Source: Polymyxa betae A26-41 (Eukaryota > Protista > Endomyxa: Phytomyxea). Taken from it: a stretch of DNA of 33,408 nucleotides. The notes under the pieces were generated by a model that was not told where the DNA came from, ran no database searches, and was given only the letters and a program-made list of their open reading frames with translations. Below, piece by piece: positions 23,336 through 33,408 of the stretch. Each line of letters begins with the position of its first letter. Position 1 is the stretch's first letter. The stretch spans positions 1 through 33,408 of the forward strand of contig RBZT01000651.1 of assembly GCA_003693705.1 (NCBI GenBank), in the 5' to 3' direction. The position numbers and the translations under genes are program-made.

Positions 23336-24270
23336 TGGGCGATTTCAGCGATTTTCAGGTCTAAGCTGCGAATGGAATAATGATTATCTGCTTCGATGAT
23401 TTTTCTCAGCTGATCTGTTCGTCAATAATCTGTTAGATCCATATTGCGGATAAATGATAGAAAATCTGCAATTGTGTTGAGGGGTTCTGGGCTTTCTGTT
23501 TGTCCAAATAGAACAGAATTCAACAGTTTGCGGCATATTTTTATCATTAGAAAGTATTGATTAGATTTCTAATTTGATCGATGAGAGTGAGCAATGCGAT
23601 AAACCAGCAAAAGCGATAAAGAAGATCAAATTGTTCACTCACACTATACAGTACTTTTTTGCTTGGCCGATGTTCAGAAAATCGTTTATGATCCCATTGA
23701 GCACGACTGGTAAAACCCTAACCCTAATGCCTGAAACAGAAGTTCTCAAACAGCAGCCCTCCAGCTTGATTAAGTCCTCGAAAACAGGTACAACCTCCCA
23801 AACCCTTCGCAAAAAGGAGAACAAAATCATTAAACTACCTAAATAGGAGCAAATAAATCAATAAATAGAAAGTTTATGAAAATTTCGATCGCGATAGCTC
23901 ACACTGCATTCATACAGCTCCAGCCGGAATCTCATCTTGGATGATTCATAGATTTGACAAAATGAGATGGATGTCTAAGTCGCTGAAGGTTATTTTGATG
24001 ATTTCAGAGGATCGCTACGAAGGGCATTCAGCTCCAAGAAATGCTGCGAAGTCCTCATATTCTCTCTTTAAACCATCAAAGCTGTTTCTGTTCTATGTGA
24101 AAGAATTTGCTTGCGTTCTGGATGGATTTGATTGCATTGCGCAATCCGTTCGCAGCTTTCGTCAAGCTGGCGGCAATATTACCCGAGAGCGGGTCCTAAA
24201 CAGTTTTTTTTACATGAAAATTTCAGAGATAATTCAGCCTTGACATATCGTCGTAGTTCAGCCCTACAGA

Positions 24271-24316
24271 GGACTTTGAGATATTGACAGTGACGGCTGC
24301 CAATATCTCAAAGTCC
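24271..24316. repeat. Hairpin with a 20-bp stem (one mismatch) and 6-nt loop
   Basis: GGACTTTGAGATATTGACAG-TGACGG-CTGCCAATATCTCAAAGTCC. Confidence 0.95.
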
Positions 24317-26230
24317 AGTATTACAGGGATTTGAGCTCCTTCCAGAGGCTGTCTTCCCAGCTTTCTGAATCATCGAGGCTATATATCACAGCCATTCTTC
24401 GCAGCTCTTCGTAGCAGGTTTTCTATAATTTTGCTCTGTTTTTATAATGCGTCGTTATATCGATTTTGCTGTTGTATTGATCTCTGTATCTGCTTAGATT
24501 CTGTTTTAATTTTGGGCATTTTATTAATAGTGCTCTAGAGTTTCGCTCTGGGTTGAACAGAAGCCTTTGGATTCAATTCCAACATGGTGTCAGATGTGAT
24601 TGCAATCGACTACAATGAGGCAGGACGCGCTTGCAACACAATTTACAGCGTTGAAATGGACAGCGCTCCGGGTCTGGATTAGATTGAATCGCTTTGATAT
24701 CTGCGTCTAGGTAGTGCTGTATTCTTTTTAGTGGATATTTTCAGATGTGTAATTTGTAGGAGCTGATCGTGCTGTGTCCATTAATTGCGGCTGTTTTCGC
24801 TAATGCATTGGTGGTATAATCCACGGAATTGGTGGAGTGATGTGACTCGGGACAGAGTTCTACAGTGAGACTGTGAGTTAATTTGGCTAGGGTTTAGGGT
24901 TAGGGTTTATAACTGCAGTGAAGTATAGCTGTTTGTAAGGCAGAGTGGAAAGTTACTGTAGGCATGACAAAGGAGTCTGAAAATATAAGGATCTGCGGAC
25001 TTCCGAACCTTGTTAGGGTTAGGGTTTACTGTACTGCAGGGCAGTTATTTCTGATTCGTAGCTTCATGTAGTTTCAGGGATCTGAAAACTTTCGTCTGCT
25101 TAACTTCGGAGTTCTTTTTTTCCAGTTTCGGCGCCCAGTGGGTGAAATTCGGTTACCGTAAAGGTGGTCTGACGGGATTGTCCGTCGCGCTAGGAAAAAA
25201 GCTCCTGAGAGACGACAATCGGTCTCATCTTATGGTAATCCCCTCGTCGTTATCTCGTAGGAGCGTCAGTTATTTGTGTCTGGCGACGGCTTCTGCTCTC
25301 AGCTTGCGATTTCATGAATACCGCATTCTCATAACCAGCCAATACAGCGAAACGAATCTGCGTGTGGGATTTTTCACCATTTGTTGTGCGCTGAAAAAAA
25401 GTGCGAAAAAATCAACGATGCCACCCAATTCCAAGATTGTTGAGCCATTTATTCTTGGCTGATTGTCGTCCGGCATTGTTAACGTTGAAAAATAAAATTT
25501 TGCGAACACAAAAATTTGTAAAATGCAATTCCAGCAACGAAGTCGAAAGATTGTTGTTAAGCCTCTTCGATGCGGCCTTGATGTTGCAGAGCAATTGTAG
25601 ATGCTGAGCGAAGTCGTTATCAGATTTTTGCTGAGATCGATGCTGTCTGTTTTGTTGAGAATTGCGTTGACTTCGTGTGGCTTGTCAGCTTAAGCCTCAA
25701 AAGAAGAACGATCGAGTTTTTAAAGAGACTAACAGAACACCTTATCAGAGAACAAAGCCAATTTGATGCATTGAGAAGCCCTAAACCCTAAGGATAAAGA
25801 AACTCGATATTCATAATCGACCCTAAAAATCGACCTTAAAAATCGACGTAACTTACATCATCATAAAAATATTTCGCAGAAAGTAAAAGTGGCTCTTTCT
25901 TTATTTTTTTGAAAATATAAAAGAAATATTCGGGGAAATCCTCCGTCGCCACGATCGTTGGTTGCCCATAGGGTCCGCAGGATCCCACCGTGAGATCACG
26001 GCTCGGTCGTTCGAATTCAGACAGGGCGCAGTTTGCCGCCACAGTCGCGCACGTTTTTGTTCACAAAAGTGCGGGAAATCAGAGTGTACAGCCCGGGCGG
26101 ACAATTTTCTGCGCGATTCGACGACAATCTATTCTCGCGCTGGATCGATCCGAGACCCGATGTCCGTGACCTTCCGATGACCCTTTGCGATCGTCATTCA
26201 TGGATCCCGTTTTCTACTAGCGATTCGTAT

Positions 26231-28295
26231 ATGAGAGGCAGTGCGATCTGTATCGTAATAATCACCGTCTTAGTAACGTTAACGAGATGCGACTGCGGAC
26301 CGCCGCATCCCGAGGCAGGCGCTCTCTTGTTGCTGAGGCCGCGCTGACTCTGTCATAGGACATGGTCCGGCTCCTGGAAAACATTGAGGAAGATGTCCGC
26401 TCTGCTCCAGTCAGCGCCATCAACAAATTTTTCCTCAAGGTAACGTAACATTGTAATTATCGAATGGCTTTGCAAGATTTTCTGGCTCTCGAATATGCCG
26501 CTGACGTTTCATAAGTTGTGAAAGAAAGTGCGCTCTGAAACGTTTCATGCTTTTGGTCTATGATTTTACTCGTTTCACATTTCACAACAATCATGTTACC
26601 CATCAAGGTTATCGCGTCAAGCTTATCGTGTCATATTTCGGGAACTAACGCTCGATTTTCTTCAAATTATTCATTTCGCGACAAATACGTTGCTGGTAAC
26701 GTAATCGTTATTTATTCCACTTTCCTGCCCTGATAACGATTCTTTTTTTATTTTCATTTGTCGAATGTTGCGAAATCGCATTGATAACGATAATTTTTTG
26801 TGAATTTCATTTGTCAAATGTTGCGTAATCGTTACGTTTTTCTCATTTGAGCTTAGAAATTGTGGAGGCCGCTCGAGCCGTGCTTTGAGATTGCCAGCGG
26901 CGGCCTCTCCGAATCGCATAGGCTGCTGATTGAGGTATTGAGCCCTAGATGTAGCGTTACATAATTCTCATTACGTTACAGGAAACCGTCGACAATATCG
27001 TCGAGTTAGTCTATGAGGTCCGTACTGCCCCCTACGCGTATCTGACATGGTCTCTGAAGTTTGGCTGCAGAAATTGATTGAGAATTTTCCAAAGACCTCG
27101 AGAATGGTGCTGTGCTTACGTTACCGTACTGTGTAACATTGTCACTGAGTCTATGGACTGAGGAATCATCGCGTGCATATGTTACTGGATCAGCTCGAAG
27201 CCAAGATCGTCAAGATTGTAGGCCGATCCAGGGATTAGGGTTTTAAGGTTTCTGACACTCTGCTATAGTTTCCGTTCCTTGAGGCTGAAACGTGTGGTTC
27301 GTCACGCACGTCCGAGAATAGTTACATGACGACAGTCGAGGGTTTTCAAAGTCCGTTCGGCATTCAAAATCCGCCTACGGTTTGGGATTCTCGTCAAGGT
27401 AACATTACCATTTGTTGATTCTTTGTTTTAAAACTGTTTTAAATTTCTGCTTCGGAATAATTCTTTTGATAGCTTTCCTCGTAACATTTGATGCCCATGC
27501 TGATATAACTCAACAGTAATTTCACATTCAACTGCATCATTTCCGTTTCAAGTTGAGCTGTTGGTGACGTTTGCTCAGTGTAACGTCAATTTTTTCAGGA
27601 ACGCTGGCTTTTGAATTTCTTATTTTATCCTCTTCTGAGTGTTGGGACTTACATTGACAACTTTATTACGTTTCACGCCACTTTTTTGTTTCGTGGAACT
27701 GAAACGTGTGCTCAGTGCCATACCTGAACTGGATACCAACAATGACGAATCGAATAAGTGAGTCCGATGTAACGTTACATCTTTGGCTCTCCCTGTGATA
27801 CCTTTGCGATAGTTTGTTTCTTGTCGTTTTTGCCGCTTAGTCACAATTTTAGGTTTCACTTAAGTTTCATGAATTCAATCTTGTGTTTAGAAACGTTTTA
27901 ATGCTGGCCGCGAACGATTCTGTCGCAACAAATATGTAAGTGCTATGTCTTGAATACATCATAGTGAAATTGAATAATTGTTAAATTTACGTTCTTTGAA
28001 TTGTTACAAAAAAGTTTTGTTACAGTTCTCATCTCATTTTTTTAATTTTTTAAATCGTAGTCTGAGACTGTTGTTTAGTGCTTTATCTGATCCCGACAAG
28101 ACCGATATCTTCAATGCGAAAATGGCTCCAAAAACGGACAGCTGGGAAACAGAATCTTTGCAAATCTCCGAGGTAACGCAATGCGGTGATGAGCGTTACG
28201 AGATCAATGGGGCAATGACAACGTTACGCCTTGCGGAGTTTCGTGACTCCACCCCGGATTCCACCCAAGATCCCGAAGTGTTCGATCCGCAATAA
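26231..28295 (+). CDS. Multi-exon putative secreted protein (or pseudogene); 3' exon structure uncertain
   Basis: Signal MRGSAICIVIITVLVTLTRC. Exon 26231-26314, GC-AG intron 26315-26358, exon 26359-26439, intron 26440-26981, then several short GT/AG-bounded exons that could not all be joined cleanly. Confidence 0.5.
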
Positions 28296-28591
28296 TCGCT
28301 TCAGGGGGGCGCCGGACATGGCCACGTTTAAAGCTCCTTCAATGCTGTCGAAAAAAAATGAACTTTCTTCGAAGTTGGGCTATGTTGAGATCTGTCTCTC
28401 ATAGTTACGAATCAGAGGTTCGAGTAGTTCGGTCCACCAGAAGGGAGACAATTTTACAGAGAGACAGGTAGAGACTTTACCAATTGATGAGTCAGAAGAC
28501 TCAGAACAGATTCTGAACAAAAAATTTGTATTGAATAAAAGCATTCAAAACCTCCAGCTCAGCCGTCAGAAATGCGAAGGTCGGGCTCCAA

Positions 28592-30049
28592 TTATTGTTC
28601 ATGCAGAGCATCATCTGTAGTTGTCCGTAATATCTCATAGATTTGGTTATCATGAGCTTTGGCGATTTCAACGAGTTCACATTTCTGACTATGCGGGATC
28701 TTGTTATAGAACGAACATTGAATGAGACCGCGGAACTGTTCCACATATCGACTTTTCATGAATTTTGTCAGACTTTTGATCAGATTTCGAATGTCCTGGA
28801 GAATCAGGTTGACGACTTCCGAACTTTCCAGAAATTCAAGAACTTTGGCTCTCGATCGATTACGTAACAGATAGACGAAAATATTATCGATTGCGGGATT
28901 TTGGGCTCCCTCCACGTATAGAGAGAGGGTCGGAATTCGCATCAGCATTCGAGCAATATCGAAATGACGAAACTTAATGGCATAATCAATCATTCCGCAC
29001 CAAATTTCCTCCACATCATACTCCGTTCGCTGGTAAAAATCTCTATACTGAACATTGATGATGATGGACATGAACGGAAGTTCGATCAGGCTCGGCAACA
29101 GCTCCTTCGGTACGAGGCGCATTATTGATGAAATCCAACGGCCGTTGGATGGGAAAGAATCCACGATCGCCTGCTGAATGAACGGAATTCGCAATACAGC
29201 CAGCGCTCTCGAACAGTCATCGGCTCGGTTTCGATCACCGGGTCGTTGGATCAGGTAACTCAATCCTCGCAATACATCAGACAGCGAATCGATCTTCATC
29301 AGAGGGACGATATCCGCCACGGACTCGGGCGGGATTTCAACATTGTCGATGTAATCAGCGAAGGAGAAAACGAGGCCGTATCTGCGGAGGGCCAGTACGA
29401 CCTGCGGATCGGCCAGCGGATCGGAACTTTCCGGGATATTGGGGAGGAGTTCGGGGAGAGCGTCACGAATGCGGTGATCGGCATTGACGACCCACCAATT
29501 GGCAGTAGTAACGTCAGGGTTTGGTAGAGTCAACGGAATCCGAGCTAAGTCCGCGAGTGTGAATCGGCCACTCCGAAACTCGCTATACAGCTTGGCCTCC
29601 TTGTCCAGTTCAGAGCGATGAAATCGTGTCAACAAAGTCCGGAGCAAATCGGATTCGACCTCCGCGGACATCAAGCGGATCCGGTGATACAGGCCCAGGA
29701 CCAGCTCCGGCCGAACACTCCGGACGAGGTCGCGGGATTCGGGATCGTGCCGGACCAGTACCGCCACCGTTCGGATCAGTTGGCGGAGGTCGCAGGCCGA
29801 CGTCGTCGTCGGCGATTCGAACAGGGCCTGTACGACGCCCGCACGCCCCAATGGCATCCAGCAGCAGCGGCATGCGAGAGTGAGATGCGCAAAGTCCGCG
29901 CCCAACCCGACATGCTCGTAGAGGATCTTCGACAAGAGATCGTCCGTAAAGCAGTGGTGGCTGCAGGGCCATGGCGTAGCATTGGAGGGGGCCGCCCCCC
30001 GGACCAGTACGGCCGCCGCCGACAGCAGAAGCACGATCTGGACGTACAT
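28592..30049 (-). CDS. Putative secreted protein (485 aa) with degenerate ankyrin-like repeats
   Basis: Intronless ORF; signal MYVQIVLLLSAAAVLVRG; MIDYAIKFRHFDIARMLM is ankyrin-like; shares DPQVVLALxRYG with 7906-9138. Confidence 0.88.
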   Translation of the reverse strand: MYVQIVLLLSAAAVLVRGAAPSNATPWPCSHHCFTDDLLSKILYEHVGLGADFAHLTLACRCCWMPLGRAGVVQALFESPTTTSACDLRQLIRTVAVLVRHDPESRDLVRSVRPELVLGLYHRIRLMSAEVESDLLRTLLTRFHRSELDKEAKLYSEFRSGRFTLADLARIPLTLPNPDVTTANWWVVNADHRIRDALPELLPNIPESSDPLADPQVVLALRRYGLVFSFADYIDNVEIPPESVADIVPLMKIDSLSDVLRGLSYLIQRPGDRNRADDCSRALAVLRIPFIQQAIVDSFPSNGRWISSIMRLVPKELLPSLIELPFMSIIINVQYRDFYQRTEYDVEEIWCGMIDYAIKFRHFDIARMLMRIPTLSLYVEGAQNPAIDNIFVYLLRNRSRAKVLEFLESSEVVNLILQDIRNLIKSLTKFMKSRYVEQFRGLIQCSFYNKIPHSQKCELVEIAKAHDNQIYEILRTTTDDALHEQ

Positions 30050-31177
30050 CGAGGACGCAGCAGAGAGAGAGAGGTTTGAGTCTTTGATGCGATTCGCGAG
30101 TCCGGACTTCAGCAGATTGAGATGGTGAGGGGGCGCAGTCCGCGATCACAGTGGTGTGTGGTTGACCACCACGGGCTGATATGACGCAAAGTCCGTGATC
30201 TTGGTGTTCAATCATGATTGATCGTGGATAAAAATGACAAGATCATCATATATACAGAACTATTTATTGATTAGGATTCACTGCTGCCTTATTGAGTTAT
30301 GATGGAAGATTATTCAGAATGTAAGGATTTACGATACTATTGGCTGGGCAGTCGAAGCCAATACAGAGTTCGTAACGAGTATATTCAGACATCAATTACG
30401 TTATATAATAGACTGGTGCTCTAAGAGCAAAATCAAAATCAACGCAGACAGAAATCCACGCCATAACCAATATGCCCATCTTTACTAAGGCAAGCTGAGT
30501 CTAATCCAGCTCAGCTAACCTTGCTAATATGCCAAATACAGAATTCGTACAAGAGCTTGCTTCATTTCAGTCATCGCACAGAATCGCCGTACTGGCCCGT
30601 TGGAGCGATCTATGATAGGAAGGACCGCAAGCCAATGCGAAATGGAATGCGCTCAGTACTACTGTGATGTTCGCAATCGGTCTTCATCTGGCTTTATCCT
30701 TAATTAGAGACAAATGGATTCCAAAGTGCGTACGTAATTTGTGAAAATTTATAAGGGAGTACCAGTTCAGTCGAAAATATACTCCGCAACTGCGCATTTT
30801 ACTATTTACAATGTAAGCGTTTTTGCGCACGAACAGAATATGTGCGAATTGTGTTTTTCCTCTATCAGGTGCCAAAATATTTCATGCCCATACAAATATT
30901 GCGTCAAATTCCGCAGTTGTAAAAATCCTTTTTAAAAGTTAGCGTTATAGAGAGATCCCTTTCGGAAAAATATATCAATTTACAGACGTTATTGTTTGGC
31001 TACTGGGTCATCCAGCCCGAGAATAATGTCCGAAATTTTTTGTATTTGGAAATTTGACGATTAAGGCCGCCGGAACGGGTAATCTGCGACACGGAGTTCT
31101 AGACCATTCCAACAGATTTCAGATTGTTCGGTCCATTTCGGATCTCTGAACGACATTGGAATCCATCTCACACAACC

Positions 31178-33350
31178 ATGAACCTGTTGCCCGTACTGGC
31201 CCTATCCGTCACTATGGAATGCGAGAACCGCCAATGTGCGACACGCATTAATTTTTTTTTGCGTGTCAACTCGTTTTCGTCTTCTCGTCGTCGTAGTCGG
31301 CCCTGCTGTAGGCTATTTTGTTCGCGTCGAGCTTTACCCCGCACCATATCACGTCTTATCGTTTCGGTGTCGACATTACGATGTACTGTCCACGATCTGG
31401 GAAGCCGGACGGTCAGAGAGGGACCGATTGCCCCTCCAGCCAATCTTTATCCAGCAGACGATCAAAGAGCAGCTGATACAACGAGCTGGTTCCAAGATCG
31501 GTGCAGAAAAACGCCGACGTTTCGGACGCCCTGCTACGACAATCAATCCAGCTCTGTCCAAAATTAAAGTCATCGCATTCGCTCGGATATTCACTTCCTA
31601 GAGGAGCCCCGGTTTTTGTTGTCGTTATGCTCGACTCGTCGCATGATAGAATGTAGTGACAGGCCTACAAGAATTGCTGTTCCCATACCAAAAATATAAG
31701 ATCGCTTATTATTTGCTTGCAAAAGCTGACGGTGCCTTAATCGCAGAAGGGAATCCTTTTGCCGAGTTTCCTTTCAACTTTGGCAAGGGCGGCAAGAAAA
31801 GTTTATGGCTTGTCCAGCAAGAGAGAGACGAATCTGCATCAGATAATCATTATTTATCAGAAAATGACTTAAATGATGTCTCAAGAACGGATGTAGAGTC
31901 TGGTAGTACAGAAAGAAACCCTATCACCAACCTTCTTCCAATTACGCTCTCGAATAACGGGAACGGATTCTCATTTTCGCTTTTATCATGCCCAGCATTC
32001 GGTGATAACTTCTCAAAAATTCGAGGAAATTTATGATCTGGCGAAAGCCGATGATACTCCGCCGATTTGATCTGGCCGCTAAGCATTGGACCGAATGTTT
32101 TATGTAAGATTTTGATGTTCCAAACATGGAGGATTCGATATCTGATGGGCAATACAAAGCTGCTTACAGAAAATGCGTTGTTTCCTTATGTTTTTAAACA
32201 ATCCTCTTTGGTTTTCAAAGTCGCAACGGATTCTCATGATGATCAATGAGCTATAGTATGCTGTTAGGATACACCAGAGCCGTCCAAGTGGCTGAACTCT
32301 TCAGCGCTGCTTCCGAGGAATTCAATTCAAATATTCCCAAAGATTACCACATTTCATTCTGCGAGTGTGTAATTGTTGAGCTCCTTCCTGAAAACGATCG
32401 ACATTCTCCACTCGACTAGCTCACAGCTAAGCATGATGGCACAAAAAGGTTCGATCTGGTTGGTGAAGAAACAGATTATAAGCCGACACTTCGACAACTA
32501 TGTTGGAAATACCGGAGAAATCGTCCCGATCGAGCAGTTGAGATGCAAACTCACCTTTAGAACACGCTCAAATGTTCGCAAAGAAATGGTTACAGCGAAC
32601 GTCTTCTGCAGATGATAAATAATGTCATTTAAAGGAATGTTGCGCTTGATAAGATTTCTAACGTCGCTGATCTATTCAGAGCTTCTCTCAAAAGCCGAAC
32701 AATAAATTAGTCGGTCAAATCCATGAGTTTTTTATCCATCGTTGTAGGGTCCAGATAGAGATATCTGTGTAATAGGGTGGTTTACGGCTTTCTACGATCT
32801 CTTCGTTGCTGTGACCAGCCTCAAGTTGATGTTGGACGAAGCCATGTAACTGCTGTGTCGGCATCGAGTGCTAAGGGGCAGATGGGGTCTCCCGGGACGG
32901 CGAGATATTCTGACGAAAGTATATCGTGAAACACAACGACGACGAGATAACCAGACGAAAACGAACTGACACGCAAAAAAATAATAATGCGTGTCGCACA
33001 TTGGCGGTTCTCGCATTCCGTACGTCACGGCCGCCTTAACTTCAGCTCTGGAACCCCATCAGAACCCATATCTGTGCGAAAGGCTGCTGCCGACTGCAGC
33101 TAATGAACTCGAGGCGATCCTGCAGGAAATCCTTCAGAAATCGGCATTCGATTTAACATCGAAGGAATTGGAGATATTGGGTCTAGATAGGACCCTTCAT
33201 AATATCAATGATGCGGATATGGGGATATCGCAGTCCGAAACTGGAATCGAACAGATTGAGGAGATTGGCATGAAAGATGGAACAGCTTACAAAAAGAACG
33301 ACCCCGTGCCAGATTGTTACTGCGTGACGCTCGCCGAACTGCGCATTTGA
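31178..33350 (+). pseudogene. Secreted acidic-repeat protein, copy 3, split by a transposon in the signal peptide
   Basis: Removing 31213-33028 restores MNLLPVLALSVTAALTSALEP. The downstream LEAILQEILQKSAFD...GLDRTLHNI matches copies 1 and 2. Confidence 0.88.
31213..33022. mobile_element. 1810-bp degenerate TIR DNA transposon, IS3EU-like
   Basis: TIRs of ~82-87 bp (31213-31294 and 32936-33022); ends TATGGAATGCG...CGCATTCCGTA; 6-bp TSD CGTCAC at 31207-31212 and 33023-33028; Clr5-like HTH remnants on the minus strand at 32555-32864. Confidence 0.9.
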
Positions 33351-33408
33351 GACTATTATGTTACTTCGAGATACTAGACCTAGATTCAGTGACTGTCATC
33401 TGGTCAAG

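Noticed and set aside
24887-25030. True telomere or chromosome fusion site
   Set aside because: Only 2-3 units per cluster, all in the same orientation; treated as dispersed telo-boxes.
29246-30215. Overlapping and antisense ORFs
   Set aside because: Shadow frames of the 485-aa CDS.

Overview
Eukaryotic (protist-like) nuclear DNA with spliceosomal introns: many are 44-61 nt, others are 200-550 nt and AT-rich. No prokaryotic operon or CRISPR array was seen. Plant-type telomeric motifs, very short introns and many signal-peptide proteins suggest a parasitic protist such as a plasmodiophorid; this is an unverified inference. The main gene is an 8-exon, ~949-aa receptor (9454-13823, minus strand) that fuses a bacterial-type family-1 solute-binding protein, an EGF-like module, a class C GPCR 7TM domain and a possible PH-like tail. 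Next to it, two convergent tRNA-Ser genes bracket a decayed paralog of the receptor 5' end. Also present: a two-exon Myb/SANT gene; two paralogous secreted proteins sharing a DPQVVLALxRYG motif; a three-copy secreted family with acidic repeats and a basic C-terminus, each copy disrupted differently; a 1.8-kb TIR transposon (TAY...RTA ends, 6-bp TSD, IS3EU-like) inserted into a signal peptide; and a Harbinger transposase remnant. Non-coding signals include minisatellites, two introns built on inverted repeats and ~30 dispersed telomere-like boxes. All coordinates, splice models and counts were derived by eye.
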